Positions 1 through 11,169 of a stretch of 64,000 nt of DNA are shown here, piece after piece; within the stretch, counting starts at the first letter, position 1; the number at the start of each line of letters is the position of its first letter. The DNA comes from Desulfomonilia bacterium (GTDB lineage: Bacteria; Desulfobacterota; Desulfomonilia; UBA1062), in assembly GCA_963664325.2 (NCBI GenBank), contig CAXXDQ010000007.1:64001-128000 (forward strand), read 5' to 3'. The translations under genes were made by a program, and so were the position numbers. The notes beneath the pieces were generated by a model, which was given only the letters and a program-made list of their open reading frames with translations, did no database searches and had not been told where the DNA came from.

Positions 1-2
1 AC

Positions 3-1571
3 GCAAAATTCGAATCATTGAGAGCGAAGTATGAAAGCCTTCTGAAATCTTCACTCAATAATATCCCTGTAGTGCTGGTTTTCGCCGTGATCATTGTCAT
101 AAGCCTGTATTTCCTTTTTACCACATCCAAATCGGAGCTTGCGCCGACCGAAGACCAGGGCTTTATCATGGCAATGTCAACCCCGCCGCCTGACGCAACG
201 CTCCAGCAGAAGATGCTTCACGCCGATGCCGTGCTTGAGGACCTCAGAAAGCATCCTGATTTTGAAAGGTTGTTCCAGGTGGAATTTCCAGGGATGTCAT
301 TTACAGGTATGGTGCTCAAGCCATGGGACGAGAGGGAAGAAACATCCATGAAGCTTACGCCGGTGATTCAGAAGGAGCTTGACAGAATCTCCGGGGTCAA
401 GGCAGTCGCATTCATTCCGCCGGCCCTTCCGGGAAGCCGGGGTATGCCTATACAGTTCGTAATCAAAACCACGGACCCGTTCGAACGCCTGGATGAGATT
501 TCGCGCAATTTCATGAAGGAGGCCCAGTCGAGCGGCATGTTCATGTTCCTCGACACCGACCTTAAATACGACCTTCCACAGACCAGGATAAACATCGACA
601 GGGATATGGCCTCCCAGCTGGGGCTCACCATGAGGGATATCGGCTATGCGCTTTCAACCATTTTGGGCGGCGGATACGTCAACTATTTTTCCATGGAAGG
701 CCGCTCATACAAGGTCATACCCCAGATCCAGCAGATGTACCGCCTGAATTCAGACCAGCTGAACAACTATTATATCAGGACGGGCAAAGGAGGAAGCATC
801 CCGCTCTCAACGGTTGTCAGCCTTGAGACAATAACCGTTCCCGAATCGCTGAATCACTTCCAGCAGCAGAATGCGGCCACTATATCAGGTGTCATGCTCC
901 CAGGAGTGACGCAGGGAGAGGCGCTGAAATATCTCAAGACCCTGGCGGATAAAAGCCTTCCGCAGTCCTATTCAATAGACTATTCGGGTCCCTGCAGGCA
1001 GTTCGTGCAGGAATCCAGCGCCTTGATAGTCACATTCTTCTTCGCGCTCATAATCATTTTCCTGGCGCTGGCGGCGCAGTTCGAGAGTTTCAGAGATCCT
1101 ATCATTATTCTGATCACCGTACCCATGTCTATATGCGGGGCCATGATATTCATTAACCTTGGAGTGGGCGGGGCAAGCCTCAACATTTATACTGAGGTTG
1201 GTCTAGTCACCCTGATAGGTCTTATAAGCAAGCACGGCATTCTGATTGTTGAATTCGCCAATAACCTGCAGAAGAAAGGCCATCCGAAACGTGAAGCAAT
1301 AGAAATGGCGGCCGGAATACGTCTGAGGCCTATACTTATGACCACGGCCGCTATGGTCCTGGGGGTTATACCTCTCATCATGGCGACAGGTGCTGGAGCT
1401 GAGAGCCGTTTCAATCTCGGGTTAGTCATAGCTTCGGGGCTTGCAATCGGGACGATGTTCACCCTTTTTGTTGTGCCGTCCATGTACCTGGTGCTGGCGA
1501 CCGACCATGAAAAGCAGTTCAAAGCCATGGATGGAGATAGGAATGTAAAACCGGGCGCCGTCAGTAATTAA
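3..1571 (+). CDS. RND efflux permease (AcrB/MexI-MexW-like), 5'-truncated by window edge
   Basis: Frame is open from the window start. Motifs ELAPTEDQG, LAAQFESFRDP, GLISKHGILIVEFAN and RLRPILMTT are typical of the C-terminal half of RND permeases. Confidence 0.93.
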   Translation, partial: AKFESLRAKYESLLKSSLNNIPVVLVFAVIIVISLYFLFTTSKSELAPTEDQGFIMAMSTPPPDATLQQKMLHADAVLEDLRKHPDFERLFQVEFPGMSFTGMVLKPWDEREETSMKLTPVIQKELDRISGVKAVAFIPPALPGSRGMPIQFVIKTTDPFERLDEISRNFMKEAQSSGMFMFLDTDLKYDLPQTRINIDRDMASQLGLTMRDIGYALSTILGGGYVNYFSMEGRSYKVIPQIQQMYRLNSDQLNNYYIRTGKGGSIPLSTVVSLETITVPESLNHFQQQNAATISGVMLPGVTQGEALKYLKTLADKSLPQSYSIDYSGPCRQFVQESSALIVTFFFALIIIFLALAAQFESFRDPIIILITVPMSICGAMIFINLGVGGASLNIYTEVGLVTLIGLISKHGILIVEFANNLQKKGHPKREAIEMAAGIRLRPILMTTAAMVLGVIPLIMATGAGAESRFNLGLVIASGLAIGTMFTLFVVPSMYLVLATDHEKQFKAMDGDRNVKPGAVSN

Positions 1572-1619
1572 ATACACAAAAGAACTGGCTGACCTGGTCT
1601 GAGCTTTTAGATGTTTCAT

Positions 1620-1638
1620 GCCGGTAATTTTTACCGGC
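1620..1638. terminator. Hairpin between convergent RND and rodA genes, possible bidirectional terminator
   Basis: GCCGGTAA-TTT-TTACCGGC perfect 8-bp stem abutting the rodA stop codon. No long U-tract. Confidence 0.45.
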
Positions 1639-2733
1639 TCAGAACATCGATTTTCTCCATGATATGCTGAGGACGATGCCGATGCAGCACAGGTTGATAA
1701 GCATGAACGATCCGCCATAGCTTATAAAAGGCAGCGGGACGCCTACGACTGGAAACATGCCCATTGTCATGGCTATGTTGATGAAGGCATGCAGGCTTAT
1801 GAACATGGCAATCCCGAAACAGAGCATTGCGCCGAAACGGTCTTTTGTCTTGAGGCCCGTGGTTATTATCCGTGAGGCAAGAAGAAGATAGAGAACAATG
1901 ATGAGGGTGCAGCCTATAAAGCCCCATTCTTCCGCTATCACGGAAAAAATGAAATCGGTGTGGTGCTCGGGCAGGAATTTAAGCTGGGTCTGGGTTCCAT
2001 GGAGAAAGCCCTTGCCATAAAGCCCGCCTGAACCCACTGCGATCTTGGACTGTATCGCATGATAGCCTTTGCCGAGCGGGTCCAGCTCGGGGTCAAGAAA
2101 TGTCAGGATTCTCTGCCTCTGGTATTCCTTGAGCAGCGACCATGAAAGGGGCAGTATGCAAATAAAGACGAGCCCGGTTTTGACAAGGGTGGATTTTCTT
2201 ATGCCCAGCATCAGAAACATGCCCAGGCAGACAAGTCCTATCAGGCTCGCCGTTCCCAGATCGGGTTCGAGGATTATGAGTATGATGGGTATTACAAGAA
2301 TAAAAACAGGGAACATGAGGTCCATGAAATCATAATCAACCGAGCTGTACTTCTTTGACCCCCAGTAGCTGATCCAGATAATGATCATTATTTTGGTAAT
2401 TTCGGAAGGCTGCATGTTGAAAAAACCCAGGGGTATCCATCTTTTAGCGCCCATGACCTCTTTCCCTGCACCCAGTACCGCTACAAGCAGTATCACGATG
2501 ATTATGTATAACGGCCATGCAAGCCTCGACAGCCAGCGGTAGTCAATGAACAGCATTATCAGAACCATCATGAGAAGACCGCAACCGGTCCATGCAAGCT
2601 GTTTGATAAAGGTGGCGTCATGGGTGAGACTGGTTGCGCTGTAAAGCGTAACGAACCCGCAGCCCAGCAATGCCGCAAGTATAAGGAGCAGCCACCAGTC
2701 TATGTTTTCCTTGAAATCAGAGAGGCTGGCCAC
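1639..2733 (-). CDS. rodA: Rod shape-determining protein RodA (SEDS glycosyltransferase)
   Basis: GAKRWI, QPSEITK, EPDLGT, FLPEHHTDFIFSVIAEEWG and PLPFISYGGS motifs. Directly downstream of PBP2. Confidence 0.97.
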   Translation of the reverse strand: MASLSDFKENIDWWLLLILAALLGCGFVTLYSATSLTHDATFIKQLAWTGCGLLMMVLIMLFIDYRWLSRLAWPLYIIIVILLVAVLGAGKEVMGAKRWIPLGFFNMQPSEITKIMIIIWISYWGSKKYSSVDYDFMDLMFPVFILVIPIILIILEPDLGTASLIGLVCLGMFLMLGIRKSTLVKTGLVFICILPLSWSLLKEYQRQRILTFLDPELDPLGKGYHAIQSKIAVGSGGLYGKGFLHGTQTQLKFLPEHHTDFIFSVIAEEWGFIGCTLIIVLYLLLASRIITTGLKTKDRFGAMLCFGIAMFISLHAFINIAMTMGMFPVVGVPLPFISYGGSFMLINLCCIGIVLSISWRKSMF

Positions 2734-4525
2734 TTTTGTATCCTTTCAGGAAGTAATATTCCTTTATCACTTCTCCCACCATGGGTGCGGCAACGCTTCC
2801 CCCGTGTCCTCCATGCTCCACTACCGCTACAACAACTATTTCAGGGGCGTTAACAGGTGAGACACCGAAGAACCATGCATGGTCTCTCTTATCATAAGGT
2901 ATGTCTGATTCATCACTCCTTCTGGACCTGATCACCTTTGACACCTGTGCTGTGCCTGTCTTGCCCCCGATCGAGAACATGGGGTCCTGAAGCACCCTTG
3001 CCGTACCCCTGTCTCCCTGGACGACATACCTGAGAGCGTTCTTTATGATCTTCAATTGAGAATCCTGCAGGTTGAGCAGCATTTCAACCTTTGTGGGTGT
3101 CGAGGCCAGTATGTGCGGCTGAATTACCTTTCCCCCGTTCATGACTGCACTCATGACCTTGGCAACCTGGACCGGGGTTACCATGACATAGCCCTGTCCG
3201 ATTGAGGCGTTTACGGTTTCACCGTGCAGCCACCCCTGATGGAACCGCTTCATTTTCCATTCCCTTGAAGGGATAATGCCGGAGGTGTCGTTTAACTCTA
3301 TACCCGTTTTTCTGCCGAAGCCCATATCTATTGCATACCTTGACAGACGGTCGATCCCCAGCTCAAGCCCTTTTGTATAAAAATAGACATCGCAAGATTC
3401 GCCCAGGCCCTTCAAGAAATTCACATTTCCGTGGCCAGTTTTTTTCCAGCACATGAACTCACGGTTTCCGATCTTGAATTTCCCGCTGCAGAAAACAGTC
3501 TGTTCAGGTGTTATGACACCTTCCTTGAGTCCGGCAAAAGAGACAAGCACTTTGAATATAGACCCGGGGGCGTACTGTCCCCTTAAGGCCCTGTTCTCAA
3601 GCGGATGTTTCGGATTTTCGACAACTTCCTTCCACATGTCCGATGTCATCGGTGTAAGGAATATTGATGGGTCGTAACCGGGAGAGCTTGCCATTGCAAG
3701 GATTTCTCCTGTGGACGGAACCATCACGACAACGGCGCCGGCCTTGTTTCCGAGCACATCCCTGGCTTTTGCCTGAAGTCTCGAATCTATTGTGAGGATT
3801 ATGTCCTTGCCTTTCTGGGAAGCCTGCTCTTTTACCACCCTAAGCTTCCGGCCCCGGGCATCCACTTCAAAGGCTATCTGCCCCTTGATGCCTCTCAGGT
3901 CATTTTCACAAGCGGCTTCGACGCCTGAGCGGCCTATCAGGTCTCCTTTCCTGTAAACTTCATTGCCGGGTTTTTTAAGCTCTTTCTCCGATATTTCCCC
4001 AAGGTAGCCGATCGTGTGGGAGAGCAGGTCGCTGTACACATAATCGCGTTCGCTTTCCGACTCAATAGAGATGCCGGGCAGGTTGATAAGTTCCATTTGC
4101 ACTCGGGCCATTTTTTCAAAAGGGATGTCCCTGGCGATATAAGCGGCCTCGTAAGGCTTTGAAACCGCCCTGTTGAACTTGTCCTCGATTTCTCTGGGAT
4201 CGCTGCCAAGGAGCTTTGCGAGGTGCTGGGCAATCGATTTGATGTCGGTAATGTCTTCGGGTATCACGACTATGCTGAAAGAGGGCCTGTTATCCGCCAG
4301 GATCACTTTGTTCCTGTCCATGATCCTGCCCCTGGGAGCCCTTATCTCCATGAAACGGAGCCGGTTGTTGGCAGCCAGCTCCTCGTAATGCTTTTTATTG
4401 AGCAGCTGCATGTTAAGAAGTCCCAGAAGAAGGGCGGCGAGAAGCAGACCGATTACGACGGTCAGCAGCCTGGATTTGCCCTTGAATTCTTCTTCGACTG
4501 ATGAATCGGGATAGCTAATTTTCAT
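2717..4525 (-). CDS. mrdA: Penicillin-binding protein 2
   Basis: N-terminal TM helix, APRGRIMDR, SxxK (PGSIFK), SxD (SCDVYFY) and KTG (GKTGTAQ). mre operon context. Confidence 0.97.
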   Translation of the reverse strand: MKISYPDSSVEEEFKGKSRLLTVVIGLLLAALLLGLLNMQLLNKKHYEELAANNRLRFMEIRAPRGRIMDRNKVILADNRPSFSIVVIPEDITDIKSIAQHLAKLLGSDPREIEDKFNRAVSKPYEAAYIARDIPFEKMARVQMELINLPGISIESESERDYVYSDLLSHTIGYLGEISEKELKKPGNEVYRKGDLIGRSGVEAACENDLRGIKGQIAFEVDARGRKLRVVKEQASQKGKDIILTIDSRLQAKARDVLGNKAGAVVVMVPSTGEILAMASSPGYDPSIFLTPMTSDMWKEVVENPKHPLENRALRGQYAPGSIFKVLVSFAGLKEGVITPEQTVFCSGKFKIGNREFMCWKKTGHGNVNFLKGLGESCDVYFYTKGLELGIDRLSRYAIDMGFGRKTGIELNDTSGIIPSREWKMKRFHQGWLHGETVNASIGQGYVMVTPVQVAKVMSAVMNGGKVIQPHILASTPTKVEMLLNLQDSQLKIIKNALRYVVQGDRGTARVLQDPMFSIGGKTGTAQVSKVIRSRRSDESDIPYDKRDHAWFFGVSPVNAPEIVVVAVVEHGGHGGSVAAPMVGEVIKEYYFLKGYKSGQPL

Positions 4526-4997
4526 GATGCACCAGGATACGCCTGCTCAGTTTTATAAAGAACGGACAGATCGCAGCCGTTAAAAACGAACTGGAAATAA
4601 CGGCAACCCATTGAATATTGATCAGGAGCATTTCGGAAAAGAGGATTGCACTCAGGTTGATGAGCAGGCAAAGCAGAAAGCAGAAAATGATCTGCGCCGG
4701 TATGGTGTCGAGGAACAGCACGTTTTTAATAAGATCCAGGACAAGGTATGAACCCGTGTAGCAGAACGGCAGAAAACCTGCTCTCGCACCGCTGAAGGCC
4801 TGGAGCACATAAGATATGCCGAGCACCAGAAGAAGCCCGTAAGGGAACCGCGTAAAGATGCACAGGGAGATGACCAGGCACAAAAACAGGTCTATCCTCA
4901 GGCCTGCTGAAATCCAGGGGAATATCTTGATCTGGAGAATTAAAGAGATGACGGCAAGCAGGATGAGACTAATGCTTTTTTTCCAGAATCCTTCCAA
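4515..4997 (-). CDS. mreD: Rod shape-determining protein MreD
   Basis: Hydrophobic multi-TM ORF between mreC and mrdA. TTG start at 4997 chosen because GAGGT lies upstream; the ORF track starts at 5057. Confidence 0.75.
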   Translation of the reverse strand: MEGFWKKSISLILLAVISLILQIKIFPWISAGLRIDLFLCLVISLCIFTRFPYGLLLVLGISYVLQAFSGARAGFLPFCYTGSYLVLDLIKNVLFLDTIPAQIIFCFLLCLLINLSAILFSEMLLINIQWVAVISSSFLTAAICPFFIKLSRRILVHHEN

Positions 4998-5783
4998 CTC
5001 CGAATACCTCCTCGGCCTTGTCAAATCTGACAAAAGGCTCGACCATGATTTCAGCAAACATTTTGTGTTCCGGCCTCTTGATCGACCTGACTCTCCCGAT
5101 CAGCAGACCTTTGGGAAATATTTCCAGCAATCCCGAAGTAATGATCCTGTCTCCTGGTTTTATATCTTCATCGCTCCTTACGTAATCAAAGCTCAGTTTC
5201 CCGTTTTCCAGGCCCTTTATGATACCCCTTATCCTTCTGTTTTCAACTATTGCGGGAACGGCGCTGTTGACATCGGTTATCAGGAGTACCTGGGATGTAT
5301 TCGCCGATACGGAAATAACCCTGCCCACCAGCCCCATCGGCTGAATTATCGGCATATCGACATAAAAACCGTCCCGGGAACCTTTATCAAGAATAGCTGT
5401 TTTGTAAATAAGAGATATGTCCTGAGCGATAATATCGGCCCCCATCAGTTGTACGTCGGGCCAGGCCAGCTTGAGATCAAGCAGTCTTCTCAGCCTGTCG
5501 TTTTCATTTTTGATATCGTTCAGGGCCATTATCCGGGTGGTTGTTTCAGCGAGGTTTTTCTTGAGCGCCGCATTATCTCTTTTTGTGTCCACCAGGTATA
5601 CGTAATTGTTGAAGATCCTGGCTGAAAAAACAAAGGGGGCAATGGCTGCTTTCTGAACCCAGAAAAAGCCTTCCCTCAAACCGGTGAGGCCGTAGATGGA
5701 ATTCCTTACATGTCCTGAAGAGATCAGAAGAATGACGGTAACGGCCGTGGCAACATATATTACTATCCGCCCGTGATACTTCA

Positions 5784-5784
<1 letters not shown>
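4969..5784 (-). CDS. mreC: Rod shape-determining protein MreC
   Basis: TM anchor, coiled coil (ENDRLRRLL), LDKGSRDG, GLVGRV and ITSGL..IFPKG motifs. Confidence 0.95.
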
Positions 5785-6842
<1,058 letters not shown>

Positions 6843-6982
6843 CTACCCGATAAAAGGTTTTACCGTCTTAGCAAAAGCCAATGGCGTTTACAAGAGGAAT
6901 GACATTATTATCTTGAAGCCGCGGCGAAGATCATTAAGAAATAATCAAGCCCCCGGACCGGAATACTCCGGGAGCAATTATT

Positions 6983-7420
6983 TTATTTTGTGACAATCAG
7001 GTGCTCCAGACCCATCTCTTTCAGGGCGACAGGGAACATCCTGAAGGCCGGCCTGACAACAGGAAGAAGTTTTAGCATCGCAGTGACCTTGCCCCCCTGC
7101 TTCACCTTTCCTTTTGCAACAGATGCAATAGGGTTTTCAATACCATGCCAGAAGCGGTGCGAATGGTCCGCCGTCTGTTTGGACCAGACATCTTCCTTGA
7201 GACTGCACGGGCCCAGGTAGAAGTTGCCGTAAATTCCGGGCTTGTTCGGGGGATTCTTGAGGTCGATTGTTATCTCTCCGTCAGGCTCGGTATAGATGAA
7301 TTTGATGATGATCCCGGCCTTTGCCATCTTGGGTCCTATCTTTTCGTCCCTTAAAATCCTGTCAAGAAAGTATCCGTAAATTCTGTAAAGATCGTCAATG
7401 TCCTTGTAGTACTGGCTCAT
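6983..7420 (-). CDS. SCP2 (sterol carrier protein 2)-like lipid-binding protein
   Basis: 145 aa. Pattern (F.Y..PDGEITID ... HRFWHG..NP..SVAKGKVKQGG....MLKL) resembles SCP2-fold proteins. GGAGG RBS. Confidence 0.6.
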   Translation of the reverse strand: MSQYYKDIDDLYRIYGYFLDRILRDEKIGPKMAKAGIIIKFIYTEPDGEITIDLKNPPNKPGIYGNFYLGPCSLKEDVWSKQTADHSHRFWHGIENPIASVAKGKVKQGGKVTAMLKLLPVVRPAFRMFPVALKEMGLEHLIVTK

Positions 7421-7433
7421 TCTTCCCTCCTTG

Positions 7434-7559
7434 ATACAGGGCGTGATAACTTTGCATTCCGGCGTCGCTTCCTTGCCTCGTCATTGCGGCGTACGGCAAT
7501 GTACGCCTCATTCCTCGGCTGCGTTGCTCCTTGGACTGCTTTGTTCTGACGCCCTGTAT
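7434..7559. repeat. 126-bp palindromic MITE/ERIC-like element, copy A
   Basis: Terminal inverted repeat ATACAGGGCGT...ACGCCCTGTAT and central GGCGTAC-N6-GTACGCC. Similar to the reverse complement of 39547..39669. Confidence 0.8.
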
Positions 7560-7602
7560 TTATTATTTCGAGCTGAGCGAGAAATATAGTTTATGATTTA
7601 TT

Positions 7603-7630
7603 CTCACCACTCACCACTCTTAACTCACCA
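7603..7630. repeat. Heptanucleotide tandem repeat (CTCACCA)
   Basis: CTCACCA CTCACCA CTCTTAA CTCACCA just 3' of the acyl-CoA dehydrogenase stop. Confidence 0.7.
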
Positions 7631-7635
7631 CTGCT

Positions 7636-8802
7636 CTACTTACCTTTTCTTTGATCGAAACGGCGGCCATAGAGGAAACTTGCCAATGTGATGCGGAGCA
7701 TCTGTACCGTGCCGCCTGCAACGCACCAGGCCCTGCCGTCCCGGAGCATTCTTTCTACAGGGAACTCCCTGCTGTAGCCGTAGCCGCCCAGCACCTGCAT
7801 TGCAATATTCGTTACCTCTATCACCATTTCGTTGGCAAAGCACTTTGCCATGGAGGCCTCATATACCGACGGCAGGCCCTGGCCGGCCCCGCATGCAGCA
7901 CGGTAGACAAGAAGCCTTGCGGCATCGAGCTTCATCGCCATGTCAACGGTCATGAACTGTATAGCCTGGAAATCGCAGATAGGTCTTCCGAAGGCGCTCC
8001 TTTGCATGGCGTAGTTTTTTGCCTCTTCAAGTGCGCCTGCAGCCACACCGAGGCACATGGCGGAATTCCCGCAGCGTTCGATATCAAATGTGGTCATGAG
8101 TTTTGTAAAATCGCCCTGTCCGATCACCACATTGCTTTTGGGTACCCTGACGTCTTCGAAAATAAGGTCGCATGACGGCATTCCCCTCAAGCCCATGAAC
8201 TCTTCCTGTTTGCCGAATGTAAAGCCGGGCATGCCTTTCTCGACTATGATCCCGCCTATGCCCTTGTAGCCCTTGATGTCGCCGAACCTTGTATAGACCA
8301 TGTAATGGCTTGCATGCCCGCCGCCCGTAATAAATGTCTTGCGGCCGTTCAATATGTAATGATCGCCGTCCTCCACGACATTGGTTCCGAGAGAGGTAAG
8401 ATCGGAACCGACCGCCGGTTCAGTCATGCACACCGAAACGCTTTTTTCACCCTTGCAGACATCCGGAATAATGGAGCGCTTTTGTTCGTCGGTGCCGAAT
8501 ATGTCGATTACCCTGACAGGTCCCACATTGGACTCGAATACAGGGGCCGCTATCATCGGGGAATACCTGGCCAGTTCCTCTATGGCCAGTATCGCATTGA
8601 TTCCGGGCTGGCCGCCTCCGCCGTATTCGGGTGAAAGCGTCATGCCGATCAGTCCCATATCGGCGAATTTCGGCATCAAATGATAGGGGAACTCGCCGGT
8701 TGCATCGATGTGTTTGGCAAGGTCCTTGAACTTTTCACGCTCACCCATCGTCCTTAAGGTCTGGATAAGCATTTTTTGTTCATCGTTAAGGTTGAAATCC
8801 AT
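7636..8802 (-). CDS. Acyl-CoA dehydrogenase
   Basis: MTEPAVGSD, LNGRKTFIT, MGLRG, RSAFGRPI.DFQAIQF and GGYGYSREFPVER motifs. No Glu in the usual C-terminal position (CVAGGT), but FDIERC offers an IVD/LCAD-type Glu. Confidence 0.93.
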   Translation of the reverse strand: MDFNLNDEQKMLIQTLRTMGEREKFKDLAKHIDATGEFPYHLMPKFADMGLIGMTLSPEYGGGGQPGINAILAIEELARYSPMIAAPVFESNVGPVRVIDIFGTDEQKRSIIPDVCKGEKSVSVCMTEPAVGSDLTSLGTNVVEDGDHYILNGRKTFITGGGHASHYMVYTRFGDIKGYKGIGGIIVEKGMPGFTFGKQEEFMGLRGMPSCDLIFEDVRVPKSNVVIGQGDFTKLMTTFDIERCGNSAMCLGVAAGALEEAKNYAMQRSAFGRPICDFQAIQFMTVDMAMKLDAARLLVYRAACGAGQGLPSVYEASMAKCFANEMVIEVTNIAMQVLGGYGYSREFPVERMLRDGRAWCVAGGTVQMLRITLASFLYGRRFDQRKGK

Positions 8803-8822
8803 CTTTTTCTCCTTGTGTTTTA

Positions 8823-10190
8823 TTAAATGGCCTCTGAAAGGGCCTTTATGTCTTTTAGATTCTCAATATCCATTATCATTGCAACAAGCCCATCGATATC
8901 GTTTCTATTACGGTTTACGGCGAAACGGATGATCTTCTGCGTAAGATCGGAGGTGTCCATGGGGTCCCTCGGATCGCCTTTGGGGATATCCACCTGTCTG
9001 GAAAGTGTGGCGCCGTTTTTAAACTTGATTTCCACCCTGCTGGAGGTTTTTTCGGGATATATCTTGTTCAGTTCCTCATCGGCCTTGACGCCGACTTTTT
9101 TCGACAGTGCCAGCACATCGGGGCTGGTAATGCGCTTTTCGGTAAGCTGCAGGGGGCCGAGTTCATTGTCGATCAGGCAGGCTGCAACAACATAGGGGAT
9201 GGAAAACTGTGCTGAGACTATCGTGCCGTTTTCAGGCATGCCCTTGCCGACCGCTACTTCCGCCATGCCATATGTGGCCACGTCAACTTTTTCGATATCG
9301 GATACGGAAAATTTATTTTCCCTCAAAAGGCCGAGCGTCGCCTGTGCCGCCCCGTGTGTATGGCGGCAGGCCGTAAACGGCTTGAAATAGAGGTCTGTTA
9401 TAGTGAAGTGTACGCCGAGCCTGTCGGTTATGCGTTCGGGTTTGGGGTCGACCTTGGAGGTTATCTGGGTAAAGCCTCCTTTCAGGGATGAGCCTTCGAG
9501 AACCTCAGGGCAGCCTGTAATGCCGCATGAAGCAAGCCCTGCCGCCGTGATGCCTGCGCTGGCGGCCTGTCCGCCCTGGACTATCTTTATCGTATATCCG
9601 CCCATGAGCTGCTCGGCCATGGTCAGGGGCAGCAGGTAGCCGGCATTGCCGAATGCATTGAGCATGCCGGATGGATCTAGTTTCATCAGCTTTGCTGCAG
9701 CTGCAGCGGCACCGAACGTCCCGCATGTGCCCGTGGGCAGGAAACCCGAAAGGGTATGATATGGATGCATGGCAGCAGCAGTCCTGTCGGCTGCCTCATA
9801 GCCCGCGATAATTGCTTCCAGGAGTTCAATGCCCGATGAATTATTCGCCTCGGCCAGAGCGAATGCGGCGGGCATAACCGCGCATACAGGGTGGTTTCCC
9901 CCGAACCTCAGGCCATCCTGAGCCTCTATCGATTCCGCCGTCGTCCCGTTGATGAATGCGGCACTAAGCATGCCGGTCTTGAATCCGCAGCCCAGAGCCG
10001 TGGAGGCGCCGCCGCCGCCAAGAGAGCGCATATATGAAACCACCGACTTTACGGCATCGAGTTCGAGCGAACCGTAGATGTTTGCAACATAGTCAAGCAG
10101 GCAGAGTTTGGTTTTATAGACAACTTCTCCAGGAACTTTCTCAAGCTTCAACCCAGAACAGAAATCTGCGAGAATCCTTGTCTCATTCAT
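8823..10190 (-). CDS. MmgE/PrpD family protein
   Basis: LLDY..N..G, AFING, HP, AIIAGYE, KPFTACRHTH, AQFSIPY and PKGDPRDPM motifs. Confidence 0.9.
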   Translation of the reverse strand: MNETRILADFCSGLKLEKVPGEVVYKTKLCLLDYVANIYGSLELDAVKSVVSYMRSLGGGGASTALGCGFKTGMLSAAFINGTTAESIEAQDGLRFGGNHPVCAVMPAAFALAEANNSSGIELLEAIIAGYEAADRTAAAMHPYHTLSGFLPTGTCGTFGAAAAAAKLMKLDPSGMLNAFGNAGYLLPLTMAEQLMGGYTIKIVQGGQAASAGITAAGLASCGITGCPEVLEGSSLKGGFTQITSKVDPKPERITDRLGVHFTITDLYFKPFTACRHTHGAAQATLGLLRENKFSVSDIEKVDVATYGMAEVAVGKGMPENGTIVSAQFSIPYVVAACLIDNELGPLQLTEKRITSPDVLALSKKVGVKADEELNKIYPEKTSSRVEIKFKNGATLSRQVDIPKGDPRDPMDTSDLTQKIIRFAVNRNRNDIDGLVAMIMDIENLKDIKALSEAI

Positions 10191-10213
10191 GATTAACCTC
10201 CAACTGAATAGTT

Positions 10214-10352
10214 GACAGGAGACAGTAGACAGGAGACAGCATGAAAAACCATCAATATGATAGAAGTAGCATTAAAAATGAATATAAGCATGTTTATTAG
10301 GTTGCGTTTTTTGCATTTTAACTGTCTCCTATCTCCTGTCTACTGTCTCCTG
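10214..10352. repeat. Inverted arrays of heptamer repeats (GACAGNA)x4 / (TNCTGTC)x4-5 around an AT-rich spacer
   Basis: GACAGGA GACAGTA GACAGGA GACAGCA at 10214-10241 and the complementary array at 10321-10352. Confidence 0.8.
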
Positions 10353-10356
10353 ATTC

Positions 10357-11157
10357 TCAAACGTAGCCACGCTTTTCGTATATTTTTATCATCCTGAACG
10401 GGTCGAGGATTTCCCTCAGTACCCGCAGCTCTTCGGCTGTCGGCGGCTCCGTCTCATGCGCATCATCGGCGACTTTGAGTTTCCAGGGCGTAAGGCTTAC
10501 TACCTCGTCTATACTGGTGTCAGGGTGCCAGCTCGCGAGGTATGCCTCCTTGGTATCCCTGTCAAACCGCAATACCGCCTTGTTTGTTATGATGACTTCC
10601 GGGCCCGTGTCATCTGGCAATCCCCATTTCTGTCTGGAGCCGGGGCCGTCGAGGTAGCCCGGCGTCGTAATGAAGTCCACCCGTTCGGACAGGCTTCTTT
10701 TGTCGTGCAGGGCAATGATAAGGACCCTTTTTGCAAGCGCTCCGATCGGGTTTGCACCGCCCGAGCCCGGCAGTCTGCTTTTGGGTTTATCGTAACGGCC
10801 GATCACAGTAGTATTTATATTCCCAAATTTGTCCACCTGCGCACCGGCAAGAAATCCCACGTCAACCCAGCCGGCCTGCAGGAACATCCCCATGACCTCG
10901 ATCAGGCCGCCTGTCATTGCAGCACCAGGGTTAAGGCACGGATCGCCGACCGAAAGGGCAGGGCGCAAAGGCCGTGCGTCGAACACACCTGATTCCTGCA
11001 TCATGGTGGCGTCGGGGGCCTGGATGTATTTCGCGATATTGGCGGCCATTGTCGGAAAACCGGTGCCCACTATCACGACGTCGTTGTTCCTGATCTCTCT
11101 CGCGCCGCAGCAGGCCATAAGCTCCGGTTTTATATAATCATTGGGGTGTGTGCTCAT
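10357..11157 (-). CDS. Family I CoA-transferase beta subunit (glutaconate/3-oxoadipate CoA-transferase-like)
   Basis: VGTGFP, catalytic Glu in QESG, AQVDKFGNINTT, RLPGSGGA and VDFITTPG motifs. Confidence 0.9.
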   Translation of the reverse strand: MSTHPNDYIKPELMACCGAREIRNNDVVIVGTGFPTMAANIAKYIQAPDATMMQESGVFDARPLRPALSVGDPCLNPGAAMTGGLIEVMGMFLQAGWVDVGFLAGAQVDKFGNINTTVIGRYDKPKSRLPGSGGANPIGALAKRVLIIALHDKRSLSERVDFITTPGYLDGPGSRQKWGLPDDTGPEVIITNKAVLRFDRDTKEAYLASWHPDTSIDEVVSLTPWKLKVADDAHETEPPTAEELRVLREILDPFRMIKIYEKRGYV

Positions 11158-11169
11158 TATGGGCCTCCG

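Noticed and set aside
4998-5057. N-terminal extensions given by the ORF track (mreD, and likewise GRE1, iorB, higA, pilW, pilX and the Gfo/M24 fusion)
   Set aside because: Downstream starts with better RBS or coupling and family-typical N-termini were preferred.
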